Shown: positions 1 to 8,938 of the stretch, in pieces | Layout: each line of letters starts with the position of its first letter | How positions within the stretch are numbered: position 1 is the stretch's first letter | Assembly (NCBI GenBank): GCA_963745235.1 | Contig: CAVUXE010000021.1 | Span: 1-26,107 of the forward strand | Source of the DNA: an uncultured Spirochaetota bacterium | GTDB lineage: Bacteria > Spirochaetota > Spirochaetia > SZUA-6 > Fen-1364 | Direction of reading: 5' to 3' | Length of the DNA: 26,107 nucleotides | Notes under the pieces: model-generated | Told to the model about the DNA's origin: nothing | The model's input: the letters and a program-made list of their open reading frames with translations, nothing else | Database searches by the model: none | Program-made: the position numbers and the translations under genes

Positions 1-4
1 CGGT

Positions 5-30
5 TGTCAAGCTATTTCTGTAACATTACA
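5..30 (-). promoter_or_regulatory. Putative sigma70 -35 element (TTGACA) with adjacent palindromic operator, for a gene beyond the left edge
   Basis: Minus-strand TTGACA at 10-5; inverted repeat TGTAA-CA-TTACA at 19-30. The -10 element and target gene are outside the window. Confidence 0.4.
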
Positions 31-324
31 CTAGTCCTTCCGGGGCACAACGGCCAGCATCGGATAGGACTCGTATTTGTTCAGCCCGTTGGCCGGGTCA
101 TTGGCGATCAGGGAGTCCCGCTGCTCGTCCGACTCGACCGCTATGACTCCGACTCCATACGTTCCTTCGGGATGCAGCACTGGTCCGAAGACCAGTGCGA
201 TCCCTTTTGCCATCAGGTCGGTCCAATAGGCGACATGCCGCTGCATGACGCTTCGTTCCTCGGGGCTCATGTCCTGGGAAAATGTCGCGCGCGGCGGAAT
301 GAGGCGAAGAAAGAAGTACTTCAT
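31..324 (-). CDS. YciI-like (dimeric alpha/beta barrel) protein, 97 aa
   Basis: MKYFFLRLIPPR...MQRHVAYW...VFGPVLHPEGTYGVGVI...ANDP matches the YciI H...GP...DP pattern; ATG at 324 overlaps the upstream TGA (ATGA). Confidence 0.8.
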   Translation of the reverse strand: MKYFFLRLIPPRATFSQDMSPEERSVMQRHVAYWTDLMAKGIALVFGPVLHPEGTYGVGVIAVESDEQRDSLIANDPANGLNKYESYPMLAVVPRKD

Positions 325-686
325 GGGCTCTGCAACCCGATGCGGTTGCCTTCCGAATCGAGAAACAGGCCAATGTGCCCTGCTTCCTTGCCGAGAAAGG
401 TCTTGGGCATGATGACAGTGCCTCCCGCCTTTGCCACGCGGGCAAGACGCGTGTCCAGGTCCTCCCCGCCGTCCAGGTATACGGTGACCCCCTGCGTGGC
501 CGGCTCGTAACCATCGCCATGGGCAAGGGCCCCGCAATTGAATCGGTCTTCGACCGGAAAAAGCGCGTACTGAACGGGCCCCATCTCCATCGGCTGCAGC
601 TTCTCCTGCAGGACCTTCTCGTAGAAGGCTTTTGCCCTCGACATATCCTTTACGGGAATCTCGATCCAGTTGGACAGGTGTTTCAT
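321..686 (-). CDS. VOC/glyoxalase family protein, 121 aa
   Basis: NWIEIPVKDMSRAKAFYEKVL...GGTVIMPKT...FLDSEGNRIGL; strong SD GAGGAGG before ATG at 686. Confidence 0.9.
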   Translation of the reverse strand: MKHLSNWIEIPVKDMSRAKAFYEKVLQEKLQPMEMGPVQYALFPVEDRFNCGALAHGDGYEPATQGVTVYLDGGEDLDTRLARVAKAGGTVIMPKTFLGKEAGHIGLFLDSEGNRIGLQSP

Positions 687-728
687 AATGATGTCCTCCT
701 CACCTGGGTACACCTTACAAAAGGACCG

Positions 729-1586
729 TCAGTCGGTCTTGTAAGAATCGGAACTCTCTCTGTAGAAGAGGGAGAGGAACTCGTTGCTGGCTTTCAGGTA
801 TGCCGCGGGGGGAAGGCCGGAGAATCGCTTGAACTCTTTCGTGAAGTGTGACTGGTCGTAGTAGTCATCATCAAAATCCGCGGGGTCGCGCGCGGACCCG
901 AAGCGGGTCAGGGAAACGAACCTGTTCTGGAACCTCACAATCTCTGCCAGTGTCTTGGGGCCGAGCCCGACAAACCTGTCGAACTTCAGCGCCACGTATC
1001 GCTGTGAATACCCCAGCTTCTCCGTCAGCTCGCTGATTGTGACCAGCCCCCGCCGGGCCTGGATGATGGAAACGGCGTGGCTGACCACGCTGTCAGGATA
1101 GTGCAGGTCCTTGAAGAACCCGAGGAGAAAGTTCTGCACCAGGGCAACCTTCCCCTCCGCGCTGGGCTCTTCAGAGAGCCCGTTTTGCAGCTCCCTTCCC
1201 GCTTTTCCAAGGACGTCAGCCGCGGGAATGACCTGGTCCGTCATGGTCCGCAGGTCGTGCGGGAAAAATGGATAGGCGGCGCCGGGGAAAAACTCCACGG
1301 AAAGCACGCCGAAAGGACCGTCTGAATCGACAATCCACGGTCGATCAGACATCCCCAGGACCCACAGCGTGTTTTCGGGGTTCTTCTGAACCGGCTTCTT
1401 CTTTGGGCCGCTTTCCACCGGGGCATTCAGGAGCGCCCCCCGGTAGGGGAAGACGAGCTTCATCCTGCCGTTGGGCACGATGGTCTTGATGTCCTCAGGC
1501 CTCCATCCGTCGGGACTCTCGACGATCCAGATGTGCGCGACGTGTGCGCGAAGAAGCCTGTCAGGCTGGAAGAACCTCAATCTCAT
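729..1586 (-). CDS. AraC family transcriptional regulator (DUF6597-type N-terminus, C-terminal HTH)
   Basis: N-terminal P..LRAHVAHIW and IVPNG; C-terminal GYSQRYVALKFDRFVGLGPK and YYDQSHFTKEFKRFSGLPP. Confidence 0.9.
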   Translation of the reverse strand: MRLRFFQPDRLLRAHVAHIWIVESPDGWRPEDIKTIVPNGRMKLVFPYRGALLNAPVESGPKKKPVQKNPENTLWVLGMSDRPWIVDSDGPFGVLSVEFFPGAAYPFFPHDLRTMTDQVIPAADVLGKAGRELQNGLSEEPSAEGKVALVQNFLLGFFKDLHYPDSVVSHAVSIIQARRGLVTISELTEKLGYSQRYVALKFDRFVGLGPKTLAEIVRFQNRFVSLTRFGSARDPADFDDDYYDQSHFTKEFKRFSGLPPAAYLKASNEFLSLFYRESSDSYKTD

Positions 1587-1603
1587 TCATTCTCACCGGG
1601 GTG

Positions 1604-1632
1604 AAAATAGCTCCGGCCGTTTGAGAATGCAA
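1604..1632 (-). promoter_or_regulatory. Putative sigma70 promoter of the AraC gene
   Basis: Minus-strand TTGCAT-N17-TATTTT, 17 nt upstream of the ATG; an 8-bp inverted repeat CATTCTCA (1588-1595)/TGAGAATG (1622-1629) brackets the -10 and overlaps the -35. Confidence 0.5.
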
Positions 1633-1681
1633 CTCTTCCGCTCATGAGCCATCTCTGGGACCAGGCGCGCTGACGCAAGCT

Positions 1682-1748
1682 CGTGACAAATGTCACGGGC
1701 CAGTTGTGACTCTCTTCTCTACTTGCCCCTTCCACCGTCGGGTACGTT
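1682..1748 (+). promoter_or_regulatory. DesR/NarL-type operator and promoter of the two-component operon
   Basis: Perfect palindrome CGTGACA-AA-TGTCACG (1682-1697), half-site GTGAC at 1706, -10 TACGTT at 1743-1748; the same layout recurs at 3578-3688. Confidence 0.7.
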
Positions 1749-1755
1749 TTCCACC

Positions 1756-2970
1756 ATGGAACGTGATATGATGCCCGCGGGTCAGGCGATGCAAGCGTTC
1801 AGAATCAGGGTTCCTCCGCCCGGCGTGCTCTGGCTCGGCTGGATCATCTGGCTTCCGTTTTTTGTCCCTCCGGTCCTTGATCTTCTTCATGCGGGACCGC
1901 CAGCCAGCCTGCTCAGCCTTTCGTTCCTCGCCCTTGCTTTCTTCGTGGCCTTCTATGCGTGGTCGGCATGGCGCAACGCGCGGGAGTTGAGCACCGTGTC
2001 TGCAAGCCGATACATGGAAAACAGCCGTTCCCGGTGGCCTTCCATAATTGCATTGGCTGGCCTGAGCGTGATCATTGGCGTTCTCTGGCGTCTGTGCGGA
2101 GCGTCAAACACGAGCTCTTTCATCTTCACGAGCGCCTACATCAGCAGTTCCCTGCGTCCCACGCGCACCATCCAGGCGGACGCGGCGCTCCTGGCGTTGT
2201 GCGTCCTGACAGGATGGCTCACAGGGCTGTCCCTCTCCGCCATCCTGGTGCCGGTGTTCCTGATCCCCGTGGTCTCGTTTGTCGTCATCAGCTGGGTGAG
2301 CGCAATCGTCGCAGGGCATGAGCTGCGCGCGGCGCAGGGAGAGATGGCGCGCATGGCGGCTTCCGCAGAACGGCTGCGGATATCCCGGGACCTCCACGAC
2401 CTGCTGGGCCATCAACTCTCCCTCATCGCGCTCAAAAGCGAGCTCGCCCGGCGCCTGGTGGATTCTGATCCGGGGAAGGCCGCCGCCGAAATGGCGGAGG
2501 TGGAGCGCCTGGTCCGGGCCACGCTCCAGGAAGTGCGCGAGGCAGTCTCTCGGTATCGAAAGCCAAGCCTGGCCGCGGAGCTGCACGCGGCTCGCGAGAT
2601 CCTGGGCGCGGCCGGCATTGCGGGCAAGGGCCAGTGGGACAGCAGCGTCCTCGGGAAGCTGCCCTCTTCCCATGAAGAGGCTCTCGCCTGGATTGTGCGC
2701 GAGAGCGTGACTAACGTGATCCGCCACTCAAATGCCACGGCTTGCAGCCTCGAGCTTGCGCGCGGCGCTGATGAAATATCCCTGGATATTGTCGATGAAG
2801 GCACGGAGGCGGCCAGGGCCGGTTCTCACGTGCCCAGCCCCGGCAGCGGGTTTCGCGGCATGCAGGAGCGGGTGAGCAGCCTCGGGGGACATCTGCACAC
2901 GGGCCCCACCGCGGAAGGGGGCTTCGCGGTTTCTGTCAGGATGCCGGTGCCGCAGAGGGGCCCCCAGTGA
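1756..2970 (+). CDS. Membrane sensor histidine kinase, DesK/HisKA_3 family
   Basis: Multiple N-terminal hydrophobic helices; H-box ERLRISRDLHDLLGHQLS; N-box RESVTNVIRHS; GSGFRGMQER. The start may alternatively be 1768. Confidence 0.92.
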   Translation: MERDMMPAGQAMQAFRIRVPPPGVLWLGWIIWLPFFVPPVLDLLHAGPPASLLSLSFLALAFFVAFYAWSAWRNARELSTVSASRYMENSRSRWPSIIALAGLSVIIGVLWRLCGASNTSSFIFTSAYISSSLRPTRTIQADAALLALCVLTGWLTGLSLSAILVPVFLIPVVSFVVISWVSAIVAGHELRAAQGEMARMAASAERLRISRDLHDLLGHQLSLIALKSELARRLVDSDPGKAAAEMAEVERLVRATLQEVREAVSRYRKPSLAAELHAAREILGAAGIAGKGQWDSSVLGKLPSSHEEALAWIVRESVTNVIRHSNATACSLELARGADEISLDIVDEGTEAARAGSHVPSPGSGFRGMQERVSSLGGHLHTGPTAEGGFAVSVRMPVPQRGPQ

Positions 2971-3572
2971 TCCGCGTGCTCCTGGCAGATGACCAGGCCC
3001 TGGTCAGGGGCGCCCTTGCGGCGCTTCTCAGGCTCGAGAAAGACATCGAGATCGTTGCCGAGGTGAGCCGCGGGGATGAGGTGCTCCCGGCGGCTCAGTC
3101 CAGCCGACCAGATGTCGCCCTGCTTGACATCGAAATGCCGGGCGGGGACGGAATCCAGGCTGCCGCCCGGCTCCATGCCAGCCTTCCTGACTGCCGCATC
3201 CTCATGCTCACCACCTTCGGCCGGCCCGGGTACCTCAAGCAGGCAATGGAGAACGGCGCCGTCGGCTTCCTGACCAAGGACGCGCCCACGGCCGAGCTTG
3301 CGGCCGCAATCCGACGCGTTGTTGCCGGCGGGCGCGTCATTGATCCGCAGCTCGCAATTGACGCGCTCAGCGACGGTGACAACCCTCTCACAGAGAGGGA
3401 ACGCGACGTCCTGGGCGCTGCGGAAGGCGGCGCCAGCATCGCTGAGATAGCGTCCACTCTTTTTCTCTCCAGCGGCACTGTTCGGAATTACCTTTCGACG
3501 GCAATACAAAAAATGGGAGCTCGCAACCGGATCGAGGCCTCCCGGATCGCCCGGGAGAAGGGCTGGCTGTAG
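2967..3572 (+). CDS. Response regulator, NarL/LuxR family (DesR-like)
   Basis: LLADDQ, LLDIEMPG, LTTF, LTKD receiver motifs; PLTERERDVL...LFLSSGTVRNYLS LuxR HTH; GTGA overlap with the kinase. Confidence 0.95.
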   Translation: MIRVLLADDQALVRGALAALLRLEKDIEIVAEVSRGDEVLPAAQSSRPDVALLDIEMPGGDGIQAAARLHASLPDCRILMLTTFGRPGYLKQAMENGAVGFLTKDAPTAELAAAIRRVVAGGRVIDPQLAIDALSDGDNPLTERERDVLGAAEGGASIAEIASTLFLSSGTVRNYLSTAIQKMGARNRIEASRIAREKGWL

Positions 3573-3577
3573 TCCCC

Positions 3578-3681
3578 TGTCATGGCGCCTGCATGACCGT
3601 TGTCATCATGGCCAACAGACACTCGTAACTCCAGAATTGTGACACCCTCCACTACTGCGCGGCGCTGTCGCCGCGCATATT
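3578..3681 (+). promoter_or_regulatory. Array of DesR-type boxes and promoter of the ABC/Lol-like operon
   Basis: TGTCAT (3578), ATGACC-GT-TGTCAT (3593-3606), CAGACA-CT-CGTAAC (3616-3629), GTGACA (3639), with 9-nt spacers giving a 23-bp period; -10-like CATATT at 3676-3681. Confidence 0.65.
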
Positions 3682-3687
3682 CTCACC

Positions 3688-4385
3688 ATGACGAACGAAT
3701 TGGAGCTGATTCGCATACGGAATGCGGCAAAGCATTATCAGCTGGAGAAGGCCGAGGTCCCCGCCCTCGTGGACGTCAACCTCGCCATCGGCCAGGGAGA
3801 GCGGGTCTGCCTCATGGGTCCCTCCGGCAGCGGCAAGTCGACGCTCCTGAACATCATCGGGTGCATCGACAGCCTGACCGCGGGCAGCATCGAGATCGAC
3901 GGCCGGCAAGCGCATACGCTTTCCGACGCGCAGCTCTCGGAGTTCAGGAACAGGACCATGGGATTCGTGTTCCAGACTTTCAACCTGATCCCCGTGCTGT
4001 CCGTCTTCGAAAACGTCGAGTACCCCCTTCTTCTCCAGCGAACGACATCCGCAGAGCGCCGGGAGCGGGTGGATGAGCTGCTGGAAAGGGTAGGGCTGAA
4101 GGACCTCCGGCGGCGAAGCCCTGAGCGGCTTTCCGGAGGACAGCGGCAGCGCGTGGCCATTGCGCGGGCGCTCGTCACCCGCCCTCGCCTGGTGATTGCG
4201 GATGAGCCCACCGCCGCGCTGGACCACGAGACCGGCAGATCCATCATGCAGCTCATGGTGGAGTTGAACCGGTCCGCGGGCTCGACTCTCATCTTTGCCA
4301 CGCATGATCCGGCAGTTTCGCGCTACGCGGCCGGCTCATCACGATGAGCGACGGCCGCATTGTCGAGGACAGGGAGGTCGCATGA
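3688..4385 (+). CDS. ABC transporter ATP-binding protein (LolD/MacB-type); one frameshift near 4330
   Basis: GPSGSGKS, GFVFQTFNL, LSGGQRQR, ADEPT, ATHD. The ORF stops at 4347, but the expected tail RLITMSDGRIVEDREVA* is in another frame and ends at 4385 with an ATGA overlap into the next gene. Confidence 0.9.
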
Positions 4386-5608
4386 AGGTCCTCGTGATGG
4401 CATGGCGCAGCATCCTTCGCCATGCGCGGCGGACAGCCGCTACCGTGTCCGCGCTCGTGGTCGGGCTCACCGGCATGGTCGTCTTCCAGGGCTTCCTGGG
4501 CCAGATGATGCGGGACTTTCGGGACGGCACCATCCTCTCCGGCATAGGGCACCTCCAGGTTGCCGCGCGTGACCAGTACTTCGTGGACGGGGAGTTCAAC
4601 CCTTTCTCTTACGGCTTGAAAGACTCCGAGGCGCTTTCCACGGCGCTGGAAAGACAGCCCGCTGTGAAGGCAGTCTTTCCTTCAACGGGGTTCGTCGCGG
4701 TTGCCGGTCTGGGAGATCAATCCGCCACACTGCTCGTGAAGGCGTACCCGCCAGAGCGAATGTACTTCGCGCCCCCCGCCGGGACGGTCAAAGCCCCGGT
4801 GGATCGGTTCAACCTGGGCACTCTGACGGAAGGTTCTTCCGTGAGCCCGGGGGACAGGAACCGCCTTGTCCTTGGGGAGACGGCCGCACGGGTCCTGGGC
4901 GCCAGGGTAGGGGACGTGGTCACGTTGATGGCGATCCTGCCTGGCGGCAACCTCGAAGGGCGGGATTTCACGATCAGCGGGATCTTCAGCTCGCCCGGGC
5001 GCGATAAATCGTTTGCGTACACCGACTACGCAACCGCCTCGGACTTCATCAGGATGCCGTCCCCGCCCGTCCTTATCGCCATCGCCAGCGATATCGGAGC
5101 CGTGAAAGGCATTGCGGACAGCCTTCCGCGAGGCGTGTCCTTCCGTACCTGGAGAGACCTTGCGCAGCTTTTTGTGCAGGTCAGCACCATCATGGCGAGC
5201 TTCCTCGGCGTGATTCGGGCGATCATCCTCCTGGTCACCCTTTTCATTCTTGCCAACTCAATGAGTCGCATGGTGCTGGAGCGGATGAAAGAGTGGGGAA
5301 CGCTGCGCGCCCTCGGCACGAGGAAACGGGACATCCTCTTCGTCATTCTTTCGGAAGGGTGCCTGCAGGGACTGCTTGGCGCGGTCCTGGGAATTGCCTT
5401 CGGCTTCCTGGTTTCCGCGGTCATAGACGTTGCCGGGGGGCTTCCGTACCACAACGGCGCGCAGGCGTACGCCATCATGGTCCGGCCGGGCCTGGACTCC
5501 ATTTGGCTCAACCTCGTGCCGTCCGTTGCTACCGCAGGGCTCGCAGCGCTTCTACCGGGGCTTCGGGCAATCCGTTTTTCACCGTCTGAGTGCTTGAGGG
5601 AGGCGTAG
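4382..5608 (+). CDS. ABC transporter permease, FtsX/LolE/MacB family
   Basis: MAWRSILRHARRT, one TM helix, periplasmic domain with GHLQV, then NSMSRMVLERMKEWGTLRALG and further TM helices; SD GGAGG before ATG at 4382. Confidence 0.9.
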   Translation: MKVLVMAWRSILRHARRTAATVSALVVGLTGMVVFQGFLGQMMRDFRDGTILSGIGHLQVAARDQYFVDGEFNPFSYGLKDSEALSTALERQPAVKAVFPSTGFVAVAGLGDQSATLLVKAYPPERMYFAPPAGTVKAPVDRFNLGTLTEGSSVSPGDRNRLVLGETAARVLGARVGDVVTLMAILPGGNLEGRDFTISGIFSSPGRDKSFAYTDYATASDFIRMPSPPVLIAIASDIGAVKGIADSLPRGVSFRTWRDLAQLFVQVSTIMASFLGVIRAIILLVTLFILANSMSRMVLERMKEWGTLRALGTRKRDILFVILSEGCLQGLLGAVLGIAFGFLVSAVIDVAGGLPYHNGAQAYAIMVRPGLDSIWLNLVPSVATAGLAALLPGLRAIRFSPSECLREA

Positions 5609-5611
5609 GAC

Positions 5612-6829
5612 ATGGAGCGCGTACGGATCACTCTCTTGATGGCTGCGCGCAACCTGCTGCGCAACCCGGGGCGGACGCTGTCCACCCTGACAGCAATCAT
5701 CGTGGGCCTCCTGGGTCTGACTCTCCTTGATGGATTCATCACGTACTCCATGAACGGCTTTCGGGACGCGATCATCCGCAGCGGGACCGGCCACATCCAG
5801 GTTGCGCGCGACGCGCGGTATTTCGATGCGGGGGACACGAACCCCATCCCCTTCCTGCTCGACGACGCGAAAGGGATTGAGAGGGAGCTGCGCTCGCTTC
5901 CCGAGGTGAAAGACGTCATGCCCACCGTGACTTTTTCCGCCGCTCTTGCCGACGCGGGAACGACAAGCTTTGTGCGCGTCTCCGCGTATCCGACGACACA
6001 GGCGCGTGCCGATCTCACGCTGCAAACAGGGGAACCGGGCACGATCCTCGTCGGGTCGGGGCTTTCGAAGAGGCTCAAGCTCGTGCCCGGCCGCACGGTG
6101 TCCCTCTTTGCCCTGAGCAAAGGAGGGGGAGTCAACACGGAGAGCTTCACGATCACGGGCATCAGCTCATCCGGAATAGCGGAGGTTGACGACATCTCGG
6201 TCTCCATGAGCCTTGCCGACGCGCAGTCGCTGATCGGCGTGGATACGGTGCCGAGCCTCGTCGTGTTCCTGAAGAACACAGACGACACGACCCGGGTCGC
6301 GGAGAAGGTGGCAGCAGCTCCCGCAGGCTCAGCCTTGCACGGCTTGACCGTGCGGACCTGGCAGCAGCTTTCTCCCTCCTTCCAGGCGGCGAGCTCCCTG
6401 TACCAGCTGATCCTTGCCGTTGCGCGTTTCATCGTCCTGATCGTGGCCCTGTTCTCGATCTCGGGGACGCTCTCCGTTGCCGTCATCGAGCGCTATCGGG
6501 AGATAGGGACGCTTCGCGCCTTCGGGACAAAGCGCCGCCAGCTCCTTCTCATGCTCGTGATGGAGGGGCTGATCCTCGGCCTGGCCGGGGCGGCGGCCGG
6601 ATGCCTGGCCGGCGGGGGAGTGTCGGGCCTCATCAACGCCCTTGGCGGCTTGTCCATGCCCCCGGAGCCCGGCATGTCCACCTCCTCGGTGACCATCTCT
6701 TTCACGCCGAAGCTTTCCAGCTTTTTCGGAAACGGCGCCTGGCTTCTTGCCGCCTCTCTTGCGGCAGCCTTGTTCCCCGGCCTGCTGTCCGTGAGGCGGA
6801 CAACGGCCGAGCTTCTGAGATCGCGATAG
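5612..6829 (+). CDS. ABC transporter permease, FtsX/LolE/MacB family (second paralogue)
   Basis: MAARNLLRNPGRT, GHIQV, VIERYREIGTLRAFG; same topology as the preceding gene. Confidence 0.9.
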   Translation: MERVRITLLMAARNLLRNPGRTLSTLTAIIVGLLGLTLLDGFITYSMNGFRDAIIRSGTGHIQVARDARYFDAGDTNPIPFLLDDAKGIERELRSLPEVKDVMPTVTFSAALADAGTTSFVRVSAYPTTQARADLTLQTGEPGTILVGSGLSKRLKLVPGRTVSLFALSKGGGVNTESFTITGISSSGIAEVDDISVSMSLADAQSLIGVDTVPSLVVFLKNTDDTTRVAEKVAAAPAGSALHGLTVRTWQQLSPSFQAASSLYQLILAVARFIVLIVALFSISGTLSVAVIERYREIGTLRAFGTKRRQLLLMLVMEGLILGLAGAAAGCLAGGGVSGLINALGGLSMPPEPGMSTSSVTISFTPKLSSFFGNGAWLLAASLAAALFPGLLSVRRTTAELLRSR

Positions 6830-6839
6830 GAGAACATTC

Positions 6840-7598
6840 ATGATCAGACCAGCCACGGTGATCGTCGCAGGAGCGCTCTTTGCGGCCGCGAGCCTGTACG
6901 CCGAGTCGCCCTCCGAAATCCTTGCGCAGTCCGATGCAAAGCGGACCATCGAAGACATGAGCTTCGCGGTGCACCTCAGCGCCTATGACGGGGACCGGAT
7001 AACTGACGAGAAGACGCTCTGGGGATTCCTGAGGATCGGCAGCGACCATAATCGCGTTCTGATGTATTTTGCCGAACCCGCCTCTGACCGGGGCCGAAAG
7101 CTCCTTGTGGATGGTGATGCCGTCTACCTCCTGTTCGTTCGCACCACCAACCCCATCCGCCTCTCGCCCCTGGAGGTGCTCACCGGGCAGGCTTCCGACG
7201 GCGACGTCATTCGCACCTTTGCAAAGGACTACGACGTTGAGTCCATGACGGAGACGGCGCTGGACGGCACGCCGGCGTACCTGTTCTCCTGTGCCGCAAA
7301 GGGGTCTGTCGGGGACACGAGCTACAAGCGTGTGAAGTTGTGGGTGGAGCGCTCCAGTCTGCGACTGCGGTACGCCGAGCTCTACGCCGAATCGGGAGTC
7401 CTTCTGAAAAAGGCCTATTACCGTGACTACCGCGAAGTGCTGGGCAAGGACTTTCCCTTCACCGTGGAGGTCTTTGCAGGTGATGATGCGAACAAGCGGA
7501 CCGTGATGAGCTTCCAGAAGGTCGGCCGCAAAGCCGTTCCGGAGACCGAGTTCAGGCGCAGCTTCCTGCCGTCCTGGAACGCGGAGCAGCCCCAATGA
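6840..7598 (+). CDS. Outer-membrane lipoprotein-sorting (LolA-like) periplasmic protein
   Basis: Signal peptide; FAEPASDRGRKLL, PIRLSP..LTGQASDGD, YKRVKLWV, AELYAESGVLLKKAYY; typical position after two FtsX-type permeases. Confidence 0.8.
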   Translation: MIRPATVIVAGALFAAASLYAESPSEILAQSDAKRTIEDMSFAVHLSAYDGDRITDEKTLWGFLRIGSDHNRVLMYFAEPASDRGRKLLVDGDAVYLLFVRTTNPIRLSPLEVLTGQASDGDVIRTFAKDYDVESMTETALDGTPAYLFSCAAKGSVGDTSYKRVKLWVERSSLRLRYAELYAESGVLLKKAYYRDYREVLGKDFPFTVEVFAGDDANKRTVMSFQKVGRKAVPETEFRRSFLPSWNAEQPQ

Positions 7599-8882
7599 AG
7601 CGTGTACGATGCGCCTGGGTTGCCGCCGCGCTTTTCCTTTCGACCGGGCTTTCCGCATTCGCGCTGGAAGGCGAAGTGGACGTGGATGCGGCGCCCTCCG
7701 CGTCACTTGCGCCCACGGGAGCTCCGGGCTCACCCTTGATCCAGGCTGAGGCCACGCGCATCACCTCACAGCTCGCGCTGAGCGGCAAGGCTGCACCCAC
7801 CGAGGGGCTGGCAATCTCTGCCACTGCCTGGGCGCTCCTGGACTCCCTTCCCAGTTACGACCCCCAGGACGTGCCCGGCGCCAGGCTGGCGCTCTCCAGC
7901 CGCCTCCTCCAGGCGGACCTCGCCTGGCAGATCATTCCCGGCGTGCTCATCTCGGACACCGGAAAACAGATCATCCATCCCTCATCGGGGTTTTTCAGGA
8001 CGCCGCTGAACCTGATATCGCGCGGGGCCGCCGGGCAACGTCCCGCAGCAGATCCCGGCCGCGGCTCCCCAGTGGGAAGAAGGCTGGATAGGGACCAGGC
8101 TCCTTTGGATGGTTGGCGATTTCAGCTTCGAGGATTTTTTTTCTCCCCGCCTGGTATGGTCTGCGGAGGCCGACTCCGCGCTGCACTACCTGAGCGCACA
8201 GCAAAGCGACGTTCTGGACCAGCTTCGAATCCAGGCCCACATAGGCGGCGTCGATCTGCAGGCGCTGGGGCTCCTTTCAACGGGAGGCCCGGGGAGCGCG
8301 AACCCGGGCGCGCACATGCAGGCGGGGGCGGGCGTTGACGCGAATATCGGAGACAGCCTGACCGTGCGCGGGGAGGCAACCCTTTCTGATTCGCTGCAGC
8401 GGCTTGCCGTCGTTGATCCCCGGCTCATGACGACGACCACGCAGAGTGTGCCCTGCGTGGTCAGGGCGCTTGCCGGCCTCACGTGGTCCATCACCACAAA
8501 GACCTCCCTGATCCTCGAATACTCGTTTGACAGCCTGGGCTTCAGCGGCGCTGATTACTCGAACGTCATCCAGTATGCTCAAAACCGCCAGTACAGCTTG
8601 TCAGCGCCGGATGTGCTTGGCCAATTCGGCTCTTTCCAGGCGGCCCAGCATTACGCATTCGCGCGGCTGGCGGAAGACATCACGGACCAGCTGACGGCGC
8701 AAGGCTGGGTGGAGGTCAACCTCCAGGACCCGTCAGCCATGGACGGAATCGGCCTTACCGTGACGAACGACAGGTGGGCGCTTGCCGGCTCCGTCACGAA
8801 TACCTGGGGAGCAAGCGCGACGGAAGCCGGCGCATCCCCGTTCCTGTGGCAGCTTGACGTTGAGCTGCGACTCTTCTTTTAG
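7595..8882 (+). CDS. Putative outer-membrane beta-barrel protein; one frameshift at about 8033-8035
   Basis: Signal peptide; removing one G from GGG at 8033-8035 joins ORF 7595 to ORF 8109-8882 (AGNVPQQIPAAAPQWEEGWIGTRLLWMVGDF); the alternating C-terminus LWQLDVELRLFF resembles a beta-signal. Confidence 0.65.
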
Positions 8883-8889
8883 ATGACCG

Positions 8890-8918
8890 TGATCCTTTCG
8901 TGACCATCCCCTCGTATA
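8890..8918 (+). promoter_or_regulatory. Possible ECF-sigma promoter of msrA
   Basis: TGATCC-N17-CGTATA, 20 nt upstream of the ATG; a CGT-containing -10 is typical of ECF promoters. Confidence 0.35.
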
Positions 8919-8938
8919 TTCAAGGCAGAGGTGTAACG

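Noticed and set aside
1690-1755. Upstream ATG at 1690 as the kinase start
   Set aside because: It lies inside the operator palindrome, has no SD and would overlap the predicted promoter.
3570-3645. CRISPR-like array from the 23-bp periodicity
   Set aside because: Units are short and degenerate, spacers are 9 nt, and no cas genes are present; better explained as regulator boxes.
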